This document shows, piece after piece, positions 37,101 to 47,037 of a DNA stretch of 64,000 nucleotides; the stretch's first letter is position 1, and each line of letters opens with the position of its first letter. Location of the stretch: NCBI GenBank assembly GCA_965222075.1, contig OZ244937.1, positions 2,016,001 through 2,080,000 on the forward strand. Reading direction: 5' to 3'. A program made the position numbers and the translations under genes. The stretch comes from Candidatus Latescibacterota bacterium (GTDB lineage Bacteria > Latescibacterota > UBA2968 > GCA-2709665). Below the pieces are notes generated by a model, which had not been told where the DNA came from, did not search any database, and worked only from the letters and a program-made list of their open reading frames with translations.

Positions 37101-40100
37101 GTGAACCTCGTCACATCCCAAGAGATTCAACTCGCACGCCACCACGTAGCAAATGACGCTTCTGCCCGCAGGATCGCAGACAGCATCTTCGCAAGTGCCG
37201 CCCCCTGGCTCGACCGGGACGACAGCGCCATCCGCGACCTCATGCCCGGGGCCGACGTCCCCCGCACCTGGACCGTCAACTACATCACCGGCTGTCCGGT
37301 CCACGGCAGCGGGCCGGAGGGATACAGGGACTATGCGCAGGGTGGGTGGCATCATGACCCCTTCAATACAAAGTGGAAAGTCACCTGCGCCGTCGGAGGC
37401 GAGACCTACCCCAGCAACGACTTCGAAGCCTTCTATCAGACCCGGGACCGCAGCCTCCTCACCGGTCCCTACCCCGACGACGGATCCGGATGGCGGGCGC
37501 CCGGCGCTCTGTACAAACACTGGTTCGTCGCTTACTGTTGCGGCAGCATCTGGTCTACGGTCACGTCCGGCCTGACCTCCCTTTACCAGGCCTACCTCCT
37601 CAGCGGCGACGCTCGATACGCCCACAAGGCTCTCGTCATCCTGGACCGGCTCGCGGAGGTCTACCCCGACATGGACTACAGCACCCAGTCCATGTACGCC
37701 CTTGAATTCTCCCCAGGGTACGACGGCAAGATCTCCGACCTCATCTCCGAAACCGGCATCGTGCGGACCCTCTGCAAAGCCTTAGATGCGGTCCGGGACG
37801 CACTTCCGGACGACCCGACGTTCGGACAAACCGCAGACGCCACCCTCTCCAAGCTTGAACGCGGCATCCTCGGCGCCAGCCTGGAGGGCGTCTACGGGGG
37901 GAAGGTGCGCAGCAACTACGGCGGGCACCAGGAATCCCTCCTGATTGCAGCGCTGGCTCTGGGAGACCCGAAAGAGATTGACCGGGCAGTGGACTGGACG
38001 CTCAACAACACCGGCGAGGCCACAAGGCATAAAGAGATGCTCACCAGCTTCGACGACTACATCTTCCGCGACAGGGCCGCCCACGCCGAAGGAATCAATT
38101 TCGCCTTAGACAGCCTCATCTTCAGAGAAGGCATCGGCTGGGAGTCCTCGCCCGGCTACAACAGCGGGTGGGTCACCCACCTTACCACCATCGCCGCCCT
38201 CCTGGAGCCGCTGGGCGTCCGGCTCTGGGACCGCCCGAAGTTTCGCCGCATGTACCGCTGGCCCACCGAAATGACCTGCATAGACCGCTTCACCCCCGCC
38301 ATTGCCGACGCCGGAAGCGCCCTCGGCGGCCGGGTCCAGTTCTCCGCCGACGCCCTCCGCACCGCGTATGCCGCCACGGGGGACCCCTTTATCGGCGAAC
38401 TTCTAAGGCGGAACAAAACGCGATTCGACAGCTTCGAATCCCTCTTTGACGACCCCCTCACGCCTTCTCCCGACAAAGGTGGCGCAGCAGAACTCAAACG
38501 CCTCACCGTCCCCAGCCATCTCATGGGAGGCTACGGCCTGGCCCTGCTGAGATCCGGACGCGGGAAGGAACGTACCGCAGTCTCCCTCTACTACGGCCGG
38601 GCCGCTACTGAACACGCCCACTTCGACCGGCTCAACCTGGAACTCTTCGGGTACGGACGGAAGCTGGTCCCCGACCTCGGCTATCCCGAACACGCCGCCG
38701 AAGGGGAGGGCCCCGCCGTGTGGACCAAGAACACGGCTTCTCACGCCACCGTCGTGGTGGACGAGCGCCGCCAGGACACCCAGGCCCCCGGCCGGCTCTC
38801 TCTGTTCACGTCAACAGACGGCCTGAACCTGGTCGAAGTCGACGCCCCCGACACCTACCACCACACCTCGGAATACCGCCGTACCGTCGCCCTCATCGAC
38901 ATCGCGCCCGACGCCCGCTACGTCCTGGACCTCTTCCGGATCGCCGGCGGAGATCAACACGACTACAGCATCCACGGCTTCGAGGGCGGCTTCTGCGCCG
39001 AGGGCATTGCCCTCTCCGATCCCCAGGCGGAAGGCACCCTGGCGGGAGAAGACATTCCCCCTGGCGCCATTTATGACGACGACGGGCTGGCCGACCCGCT
39101 CAAAAAAGGCCGCTCCTACTACACCTATCGCGGCAGCGGCTACTCCTGCCTCTACGACATCCGGAGGGGCCGTCCGGAAGCCCCCTGGTCTGCGGCCTGG
39201 ACCGACCTGCCTGCGCAGTGCCATGCTGCAGGCAGGCGCATCCACCGTCGGACTCCGGACCACCTTTCTCCCCTCAGAAGAAGCCATCGTCGCCCACGGG
39301 GATCCCCCCCGCAAACGGGGCGACAACCCCAGGCAGTTGACCTACATCCTGCTCCGCAACTCGGGAGACGGCATCGCAAGCCAATTTGCTGCCGTGCTGG
39401 AACCCTTTGCTGGCGCGCCTAAAATCCACATTGCCGAACAGATCGAACGCACCGACCGCTCGGTCGCCCTCAAAATCCGCCATCAGCACGGCGAAGACAC
39501 CCTCTCCCATACCGTGAGCCCAACCGGAACCACCTTCAGCCTGGTCCGCCGCGACCCGGACGGCAAGCTCATCCGGCTCGACCAGGTCGGTCCCGGATCT
39601 GTCCGGGCAGACGGACACACGCTCACCATTGAAAAAAGCATCTCCGGGAGCATTGTCTCCGTCGATCCCCACACCTCCACCATCCACATCGAACGCGACG
39701 CGAACAGCCAGCCCCTCAGGCGCGCCCTCATCGGTGAAACCATCCACATCCACAACGGCCGCCGCACCACCGCCTACACCATCTCTTCCGTGGAAGGGAG
39801 AGGCAGGGGCTACCGCATCGGCCTGAACAACGAATCCTTCCGCATCGGCAGGTTCCTCACCACCGGCATCAACGCCGACGGATCGGGCCTATCCACCAAA
39901 ACCTGCCTCTACCTGGCCTCACAGGGCTACTACCGGGGCGCTCGCCTGGTGGATGAAACGCATGCGGTGTGGCTGCCTGTAGAAGACGTGAAGCTCTCGC
40001 CGCACCGTCCCAAATCTCGCCGGGACGGGTCAATTGCTCTGGTGGACAATCACGATCTGCACGCGCACTTCACACCCGGACAGATCGCCTATCTCTACGA

Positions 40101-40209
40101 CTTCGGGCCGGGCGACGCCGTCTCCATCACGCCGCGTGCGACGGCACTCCGCCGGACGGACGGCAGCTTCCGGACAAAAGGAAATTGTCGCGCGGTTCTG
40201 TCAGGGTAG
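37101..40209 (+). pseudogene. Heparinase II/III-like protein, frameshifted by a 31-bp palindromic insertion at 39206-39236
   Basis: WESSPGY, HAHFDRL, DLGYP, SHATVVVD; ORFs 37101-39422 and 39007-40209 join into one frame when the insertion is removed. Confidence 0.85.
39206..39236. mobile_element. 31-bp mini-palindromic insertion
   Basis: CCTGCCTGC-GCAGTGCCATGCT-GCAGGCAGG; clean removal restores WTDASTVGLRTTFLP (paralog WTDAELNIGLRTTFLP). Confidence 0.9.
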
Positions 40210-40214
40210 GGCAC

Positions 40215-40415
40215 GGAGGGTATTCGGTGCGGGGGGAAGGGGCTTTTCCGCGCAGATCCCCCCAGCACCTGCGCCCAAAAACGCCCCAAAGGTCCGCAGG
40301 GCAGAAACGCCTGCTTCCACCCCAAGGGCAGTTCGCGGAAAAGCAGCCCCGCGGCGTTTGAGCGGCGCCCTTCTTTTTCGGCCTTTTTCTTGGGCGAACA
40401 AGAAAAAGGCCAAAA
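40215..40415. repeat. Structured intergenic element (MITE/REP-like) ending in a strong hairpin
   Basis: GCTTTTCCGCG...CGCGGAAAAGC long-range inverted repeat and GGCCTTTTTCTTG-GGCGAA-CAAGAAAAAGGCC hairpin. Confidence 0.5.
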
Positions 40416-40462
40416 GCAAAAGAAAGGTTACTTTCCAAGCAACTTCTTACCAGGGAGCCATT

Positions 40463-43400
40463 GTGAACCTCTTCACACCCGAACAGGTCCGCCTCGCCCG
40501 ACAACACGTGGCAGACGATCCCGTTGCACGCAAGACCGCAGACGCCATCTTCAAATCCGCTGCTCCCTGGCTCGAACGGGAGAGTGACGCCATTCGGCAT
40601 TTGATGCCCGACGCTTTCATCCCCCGCACCCGGCACATCACGCCCGGCACCTTCACCGTCAACTATGCCACCGGCTGTCCGGTCCACGACAGGCCGCCGG
40701 AAGACTTTGAGGGCTACTCGCAGTGGGAGTGGATCTACGACCCCTTCAAAGACCGCTGGCGCATCACCTGTCCGGTTGGAGGCGAGACCTACCCCAGCAA
40801 TGACTTCGAAGCCTTTTATCAAACCCGGGACCGCAGCCTGCTCACCGGTCCCTATCCCGACGATGGGTACGGCTGGCGCCCGGATGGGTCTCCCTACCGT
40901 TTCTGGTTCATCGGTTACTGCGGAGACGCGATGTGGCGCACGGTGATGGGCGGCCTCACCGCCCTCTCCCGGGCCTACCTCCTGGGCGGCGACGCCCGGT
41001 ACGCGCACAAGGCCCTGGTTATCCTGGACCGGCTCGCCGAAGTCTATCCCGACATGGACCATTCCAAACAGTCCATGTACGCAGTTGACCTCTCTCCCGG
41101 CTACGACGGAAAGATGTTCAACCTCATTGCCGAGACCGGCACCGTTCGCCAGCTCTGCGAAGCCCTGGACGCCGTCCGGGACGCCATCCCGTCAGATCCG
41201 GTATACGGACCGACCGCAGGCGCCACCCTCTCCAAGCTCGAACGGGGCATCATCGGCGCCAGCATCGAAGGCGTGTACACGGGCCAGGTGCGGGGCAACT
41301 ATGGCATGCACCAGGAGGCCCTGCTCTTCGCCGCCATCGCCTCGGGGGATCAGGTGGAAATCCACAAAGCGGTTGAGTGGGTGCTCAACAACACCGGCGA
41401 GGCCACAAGGCACAAAGAGATGCTCACCAGCTTCGACGACTACATCTTCCGCGACAGGGCCGCCCACGCCGAGGGGCTCAACTTCGCCCTGGACAACCTC
41501 CACTTTCGGGAAGGCATCGGCTGGGAGTCCTCGCCTTCCTACAATGGCTCCTGGATCGGCCACCTCACCGTCGTCGCCGCCCTGCTGGACCGCCTGGGCG
41601 TGCGGGTCTGGGACCGTCCCGGGTTCCGCCGCATGTACCGCTGGCCGGTCGAAATGACCTGCTTAGACCGGTTCACCCCCGCCATCGGCGACTCCGGCGG
41701 CATCGGTTCCGGCCTGGCACAGCCGGGCGCGGCCGTTCTCCGCACCGCGTACGCCGCCACGGGCGACCCCCTCATCGGGGAACTCCTGCGAAAGCACAAC
41801 TTCACCTTCAACAGCTTCGATTCGCTCTTTGAAGAGCCCGCAACGCCTCCCTCAGACAAAGGTGGCGCCGCCGAGATCAAACGCCTCACCGCCTCCAGTC
41901 ACCTCCTGGGAGGCTACGGCCTGGCCCTGCTGAGATCCGGACGCGGAAAGGAGCGCACCGCCGTCTCCCTCTACTATGGTCGGGCCGCCACCGAGCACGC
42001 CCATTTCGACAGGCTCACCTTAGAACTCTTCGGCTACAGCAGAAAACTCATCCCCGACTTAGGCTACGGCGACCATGCCTCCGAAGGGGATCCTCCCGCC
42101 GTCTGGACCAAAAACACGGCCTCCCACGCCACCGTCGTCGTGGACGAACGTCGGCAGGACACCCAGGCCCCCGGCCGGCTCTCTCTGTTCACGTCAACAG
42201 ACGGCCTGAACCTGGTCGAGGTCAACGCCCCCGACACCTACCACCACACCTCGGAATACCGCCGTACCGTCGCCCTCATCGACATCGCGCCCGATGCCCG
42301 CTACGTCCTGGACCTCTTCCGGGTCGCCGGCGGAGACCAACACGACTACAGCCTCCACGGCTTCGACGGCGACTTCAGCACCAGCGGCATTGCCCTCTCG
42401 CCGCAGGCAGCAGGCACCCTTGCCGGGGAGGACGTCCCCTTTGGCGACATCTACGACGACGAGGCCCTCAAAGACCCGGTTCGGAAGGGACGCACCTACT
42501 ACACCTATCGCGGCAGCGGCTACTCCTACCTCTATAACGTCCAAAGAGGCCATCCCGACGGCGTCTGGTCGGCGGCCTGGACCGACGCCGAATTGAACAT
42601 TGGTCTGCGGACTACCTTCCTGCCCTCGGACGGCGCCGTGGTCGCTCAGGGCAAAGCCTCCCGCAGAGCGGGCAATCCCGACGCACTGACCTACATCCTT
42701 CTCCGCAACTCGGGAGACGGCATCGCAAGCCAATTTGCTGCCGTGCTGGAACCCTTTGCTGGCGCGCCTAAAGTCCACATTGCCGAACAGGTCGAACGCA
42801 CCGACTGCTCGACCGCCCTCAAGATCCGCCATCAGCACGGCGAAGACACCCTCTCCCATACCGTGAGCCCAACCGGAACCACCTTCAGCCTGGTCCGCCG
42901 CGACCCGGACGGCAAGCTCATCCGGCTCGACCAGGTCGGACCCGGATCTGTCCGGGCAGACGGACACACGCTCACCATTGAAAAAAGCATCTCCGGGAGC
43001 ATTGTCTCCGTCGATCCCCACACCTCCACCATCCACATCGAACGCGACGCGAACAGCCAGCCCCTCAGACGCGCCCTCATCGGTGAAACCATCCACATCC
43101 ACAACGGCCGCCGCACCACCCCCTACACCATCTCCTCCATAGAAGGCAGGCCTGCCTGCAGCGCGGTGCGCCGCGCAGGCAGGGGCTCCCGCATCGGCCT
43201 GAACAACGAATCCTTCCGCATCGGCAGGTTCCTCACCACCGGCATCAACGCCGACGGATCGGGCCTGTCCACCAAAACCTGCCTCTACCTGGCCTCACAG
43301 GGCTACTACCGGGGCGCTCGCCTGGTGGATGAAACGCATGCGGTGTGGCTGCCTGTAGAAGACGTGAAGCTCTCGCCGCACCGTCCCAAATCTCGCCGGG

Positions 43401-43585
43401 ACGGGTCAATCGCTCTGGTGGGCAATCACGATCTGCACGCGCACTTCACACCCGGACAGATCGCCTATCTCTACGACTTCGGGCCGGGCGATGCCGTCTC
43501 CATCACGCCGCGTGCGACGGCACTCCGCCGGACGGACGGGACCTTCCGGATAAAAGGAAATTGTCGCGCGGTTCTCTCAGCGTAG
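40463..43585 (+). CDS. Heparinase II/III-like protein (intact paralog)
   Basis: Same GGAGCCATT-GTG start context as 37101; WESSPSY, HAHFDRL, SHATVVVD. Confidence 0.85.
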   Translation: MNLFTPEQVRLARQHVADDPVARKTADAIFKSAAPWLERESDAIRHLMPDAFIPRTRHITPGTFTVNYATGCPVHDRPPEDFEGYSQWEWIYDPFKDRWRITCPVGGETYPSNDFEAFYQTRDRSLLTGPYPDDGYGWRPDGSPYRFWFIGYCGDAMWRTVMGGLTALSRAYLLGGDARYAHKALVILDRLAEVYPDMDHSKQSMYAVDLSPGYDGKMFNLIAETGTVRQLCEALDAVRDAIPSDPVYGPTAGATLSKLERGIIGASIEGVYTGQVRGNYGMHQEALLFAAIASGDQVEIHKAVEWVLNNTGEATRHKEMLTSFDDYIFRDRAAHAEGLNFALDNLHFREGIGWESSPSYNGSWIGHLTVVAALLDRLGVRVWDRPGFRRMYRWPVEMTCLDRFTPAIGDSGGIGSGLAQPGAAVLRTAYAATGDPLIGELLRKHNFTFNSFDSLFEEPATPPSDKGGAAEIKRLTASSHLLGGYGLALLRSGRGKERTAVSLYYGRAATEHAHFDRLTLELFGYSRKLIPDLGYGDHASEGDPPAVWTKNTASHATVVVDERRQDTQAPGRLSLFTSTDGLNLVEVNAPDTYHHTSEYRRTVALIDIAPDARYVLDLFRVAGGDQHDYSLHGFDGDFSTSGIALSPQAAGTLAGEDVPFGDIYDDEALKDPVRKGRTYYTYRGSGYSYLYNVQRGHPDGVWSAAWTDAELNIGLRTTFLPSDGAVVAQGKASRRAGNPDALTYILLRNSGDGIASQFAAVLEPFAGAPKVHIAEQVERTDCSTALKIRHQHGEDTLSHTVSPTGTTFSLVRRDPDGKLIRLDQVGPGSVRADGHTLTIEKSISGSIVSVDPHTSTIHIERDANSQPLRRALIGETIHIHNGRRTTPYTISSIEGRPACSAVRRAGRGSRIGLNNESFRIGRFLTTGINADGSGLSTKTCLYLASQGYYRGARLVDETHAVWLPVEDVKLSPHRPKSRRDGSIALVGNHDLHAHFTPGQIAYLYDFGPGDAVSITPRATALRRTDGTFRIKGNCRAVLSA
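43151..43183. mobile_element. 33-bp mini-palindromic insertion, in frame
   Basis: CCTGCCTGC-AGCGCGGTGCGCCGC-GCAGGCAGG adds PACSAVRRA(GR), absent from the paralog (VEGRGRGYRIG). Confidence 0.85.
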
Positions 43586-43654
43586 GGGACAGATGCCTGC
43601 CCCCGCCTTGTGAACCTGCTTGCAATCGATGCGTCTCCGCGCTGAATTTCTCCT

Positions 43655-43715
43655 TGACAAGAATTAAAACAATCGTATATTTTAAACTATCGTTTTAATC
43701 AAACGTTTAATTAAT
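43655..43715 (+). promoter_or_regulatory. Sigma70-type promoter with overlapping TetR operator-like palindromes
   Basis: TTGACA at 43655, TATATT about 16 bp later; AAACTATCGTTT and AAACGTTT palindromes. Confidence 0.6.
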
Positions 43716-43739
43716 CTCCCAAAGAAAGAGGGCTTCTTC

Positions 43740-44393
43740 ATGAATCGCGCCGATACCCGCGAGCGGCTCTTAGACGCCGCCGAACGCCTCTTTGCCCACC
43801 ACGGCATCGGGGCCACCTCGTTGCGGGGCATCACCGCCGAGGCCGGGACCAACCTGGCCTCCATCCACTACCACTTCGGCTCCAAGGAAGCCCTCATTCA
43901 CGCGGTCTTCGCCCGGAGGCTGGAGCCCTTGAATCGGGAGCGGCTCCGGCTCTTAGACGCCGCTGAGGCCACCGCCGACGATGCGCCCCCGCCACTGGAG
44001 TCGCTCATCGAGGCCTTTGTGGTCCCGACCCTGCGCTTGAGGCAGGACCCGGCCCACGACGGCCAGAACTTCATGTGCCTCGTCGGGCGGATCTACTTCG
44101 AACCCAGCGAATTGACGCACACCATCCTGGAACAGTTCGACGAAGTGTTTCGCCGGTTCACCGCCGCCTTACACCGCGCCCTGCCCCACCTGCCAAGGCC
44201 CGAACTCCTCTGGAAATTCTTCTTTACAATCGGCTGCATGGTCTTCCCCTTAGTCGGCACAGAGATCATCAGCCACAAAACGGGCGGCCTCTGCAATCCT
44301 GATGATGTGGAAGGGACCATCCGCCGCCTCGTCTCCTTCATTTCTGCCGGCATGCTGGCCCCGGTTCCGGATCAGATTGGAGAAACGCCATGA
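43740..44393 (+). CDS. TetR/AcrR family regulator (PsrA-like)
   Basis: TRERLLDAAERLFA..G...TSLRGITAEAGTNLASIHYHFGSKE helix-turn-helix. Confidence 0.93.
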   Translation: MNRADTRERLLDAAERLFAHHGIGATSLRGITAEAGTNLASIHYHFGSKEALIHAVFARRLEPLNRERLRLLDAAEATADDAPPPLESLIEAFVVPTLRLRQDPAHDGQNFMCLVGRIYFEPSELTHTILEQFDEVFRRFTAALHRALPHLPRPELLWKFFFTIGCMVFPLVGTEIISHKTGGLCNPDDVEGTIRRLVSFISAGMLAPVPDQIGETP

Positions 44394-45844
44394 AACCGCA
44401 ATACCTCCTTCTGGTACTCCCGCTCTTAATCACCGCCTGTGCTTCTGCGCCCGGAATGAAGCACCCTGCCCTCAGAGGCGCCACACCCGAAGAATGGACC
44501 GCAGGCGCCACCACACAAGCCCCCGGCGACACCCTCTGGTGGACCCGCTTCGGCGATGCCCGCCTGGACTCCCTCGTCAGGGAAGCCCTCACCCACAACT
44601 TCAACCTCCAGGCCACGGCCGCAAGGCTCCGGGCCGCCGCCGCACAGGCCAAAATCGCAGGCGCGCCGCTCTATCCCCAGATCGGCGCCGGCTTCGGTGC
44701 CTCCCGCCGCAAGCAGAGCTTCATCGGCCTGCCCATCCCCGGCTCCGGAGGGGTGTTATCCTCCACCACCAACAGCTTTGGCGTCTCCGTTGACCTCTCC
44801 TGGGAGGGCGACCTGTGGGGTCGTCTGGGGGCAGGCAAGGCCGCTGCCACAGCCGATTATCAGGCTGCCCAGGCCGACCTTCGAGGCGCCCGTCTCTCGC
44901 TTTCCGCGCAGACGGCCAAGGCCTGGTTTGCGGCCATCGAAGCGCGCCGGCAGGTGGCGTTGGCGCAGGCGAGCGTGGAGAACTATCAAACCAGCTTAGA
45001 GCAGGTGCGCACCCGCTACGAGCGGGGTCTGCGGCCCTCCTTAGACCTTCGGCTGACCGCCTCCAACCTGGCGATTGCGAAAGACCTGTTGGAGCAGCGC
45101 AAGCAGCGGTATGACAGCGTCCTTCGGCAGCTTGAGCTGCTGCTGGGGCGCTATCCGGGGGCGGTGCTCACCCCGGGCGTGTCCCTTCCCTTTGTGCCTG
45201 AGGAGGTCCCTGCCGGCCTGCCGGCAGACCTGGTGGGTCGGCGTCCCGACCTGGTGGGGGCCGAGCGTCGGCTCGCAGCGTCTTACGCACGGGTCAAGCA
45301 AGCTCGCCGGGCGCTCTACCCCAGAATCAGCCTCACCGCGTCTGGGGGCACGGCCAGCAAGGACCTCAACGACCTGCTCAAGGGAGACTTCAGCGTGTGG
45401 AACATCGTGGGCAACATCGTCCAGCCGCTCTTCCAGGGAGGTCGTCTGCGAGGGGGCATCAACCTTGCCAGATCGCAGTCTGATCAGGCCCTGGCGCTGT
45501 ATGCGCAAAGCGTGCTGGCTGCGTTTGCCGACGTGGAAAGCGCGCTTTCCGCCGAGCAGTTCTTGGCGCACCGTCAGGAGGCGCTGAAAGAGGCCACAGA
45601 ACAGGCCCTGGCTGCGCGCCGCCTTGCAGAGGAGCGTTATGCAAGTGGTCTGACGGATCTGATCACCATGCTGGACTCGCAGCGTCGCGCCTATGATGCG
45701 GAGAGCCGGTTGCTGAGCGTGCGCCGTCTGCGGCTGGACGCTCGCATTGACCTTCATCTGGCGCTGGGAGGCGGGTTCTCGAACCGGACAGAAATCCTTT
45801 CTGCTGCCCACCGTTCATCCAACCAGGGAGTAGAAGTGCAATGA
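44390..45844 (+). CDS. Efflux outer membrane lipoprotein (NodT/OprM family)
   Basis: Lipobox ITAC, WEGDLWG, RRPDL..AE, YPRISL, LALGGG. Confidence 0.93.
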   Translation: MKPQYLLLVLPLLITACASAPGMKHPALRGATPEEWTAGATTQAPGDTLWWTRFGDARLDSLVREALTHNFNLQATAARLRAAAAQAKIAGAPLYPQIGAGFGASRRKQSFIGLPIPGSGGVLSSTTNSFGVSVDLSWEGDLWGRLGAGKAAATADYQAAQADLRGARLSLSAQTAKAWFAAIEARRQVALAQASVENYQTSLEQVRTRYERGLRPSLDLRLTASNLAIAKDLLEQRKQRYDSVLRQLELLLGRYPGAVLTPGVSLPFVPEEVPAGLPADLVGRRPDLVGAERRLAASYARVKQARRALYPRISLTASGGTASKDLNDLLKGDFSVWNIVGNIVQPLFQGGRLRGGINLARSQSDQALALYAQSVLAAFADVESALSAEQFLAHRQEALKEATEQALAARRLAEERYASGLTDLITMLDSQRRAYDAESRLLSVRRLRLDARIDLHLALGGGFSNRTEILSAAHRSSNQGVEVQ

Positions 45845-47037
45845 GACGAAACCCTAAAGTCCTCTTCCCCATCGCAGTTCTTGCCGTCGGCATCCTGGGG
45901 ACCGTCGCACTCATCAAATCCCGTCCCCAGATCCAGATCCAGCCGCCGGAGGTTCCCCCTCCCCTGGTCCGGGTGATGCACGTCAAACCCCAGAGCCTGC
46001 AGCTGAAAATCCACGCCCAGGGCAACGTCACGCCCCGAACCGAAAGCACCCTCATCTCCCAGGTGCCCGGGCAGGTCGTCGCCGTCTCCCCCGCCTTCGC
46101 CAGCGGCGGATTCTTTGAAGCCGGCGACCTCCTGGCCAGCATCGACCCGCGCGACTACGAACTCGCGCTTGCCCGCGCCAGGTCCCAGGTCGCCCAGGCC
46201 GAAGTCCGCGTTGCCCGCGAAGGTGAAGAGGCCGTCGTCGCCCGGCAGGAGTGGGAACGGATCGGACAGGGCGAACCCACCGACCTGGTCCTGCGCAAAC
46301 CCCAGCTTGCCGAAGCAAAAGCTGCGCTGGAAGCGGCGCAGGCGAGTATGGAACAGGCCAGGCTCAACCTGGAGCGCACACAAATCCGCGCCCCCTATGC
46401 CGGGAGGGTGCGCTCCAAAACCGTGGATGTGGGGCAGTTCGTCAACCCGGGCGTTCCTCTTGCCAGGATCTACTCGGTCGATTACGCCGAAGTCCGGCTA
46501 TCCGTCCCCGACGACCAGCTGGCCTACCTCGACTATTCCCTGAACTTCCGGAACGAAACACAAGCAGGGCCTGAAACCATCCTTCGCACCACATTCGCCG
46601 GCAGGCGATATGCCTGGCCCGGCCGTATTGTGCGGGTAGAGGGTGAGATTGACCCCCGCACCCGCATGGTCACCCTCGTCGCCCGGGTCAAAAACCCCTA
46701 TGCGCGGGGAGGTGACCCGGACCGTCTCCCTCTGGCCGTGGGCCTTTTTGTGGAAGCCGAAATTCTCGGTCGCCAGGTGGAAAACATCGTGGTTCTGCCC
46801 CGTTCCGCGATAAGAGGGCGCAACCGGGTGCTGGTGGTCGATAATGAAAACCGCCTCCGCTTCCGAACCGTGCACATCCTCCGCGCCAATGCCGGAGAGG
46901 TGGTCGTCCGCTCCGGGTTGGACCAGGGCGAACGGGTCTGCACCTCCCCCCTTGATGCCATAGTAGACGGCATGCGGGTCCGCATCCTCACCGACAACGA
47001 TGATGTTGCGTCTGCGGGGCAAGGGGGTGCGGGATGA
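45841..47037 (+). CDS. RND efflux periplasmic adaptor subunit
   Basis: N-terminal anchor, coiled coil, ARLNLERTQIRAPYAG, EIDPRTR. Confidence 0.93.
   Translation: MRRNPKVLFPIAVLAVGILGTVALIKSRPQIQIQPPEVPPPLVRVMHVKPQSLQLKIHAQGNVTPRTESTLISQVPGQVVAVSPAFASGGFFEAGDLLASIDPRDYELALARARSQVAQAEVRVAREGEEAVVARQEWERIGQGEPTDLVLRKPQLAEAKAALEAAQASMEQARLNLERTQIRAPYAGRVRSKTVDVGQFVNPGVPLARIYSVDYAEVRLSVPDDQLAYLDYSLNFRNETQAGPETILRTTFAGRRYAWPGRIVRVEGEIDPRTRMVTLVARVKNPYARGGDPDRLPLAVGLFVEAEILGRQVENIVVLPRSAIRGRNRVLVVDNENRLRFRTVHILRANAGEVVVRSGLDQGERVCTSPLDAIVDGMRVRILTDNDDVASAGQGGAG

Noticed and set aside
40034-40462. 143-aa N-terminal extension of the second heparinase-like ORF
   Set aside because: Overlaps the previous gene and the intergenic element; the paralog's start context places the true start at 40463.
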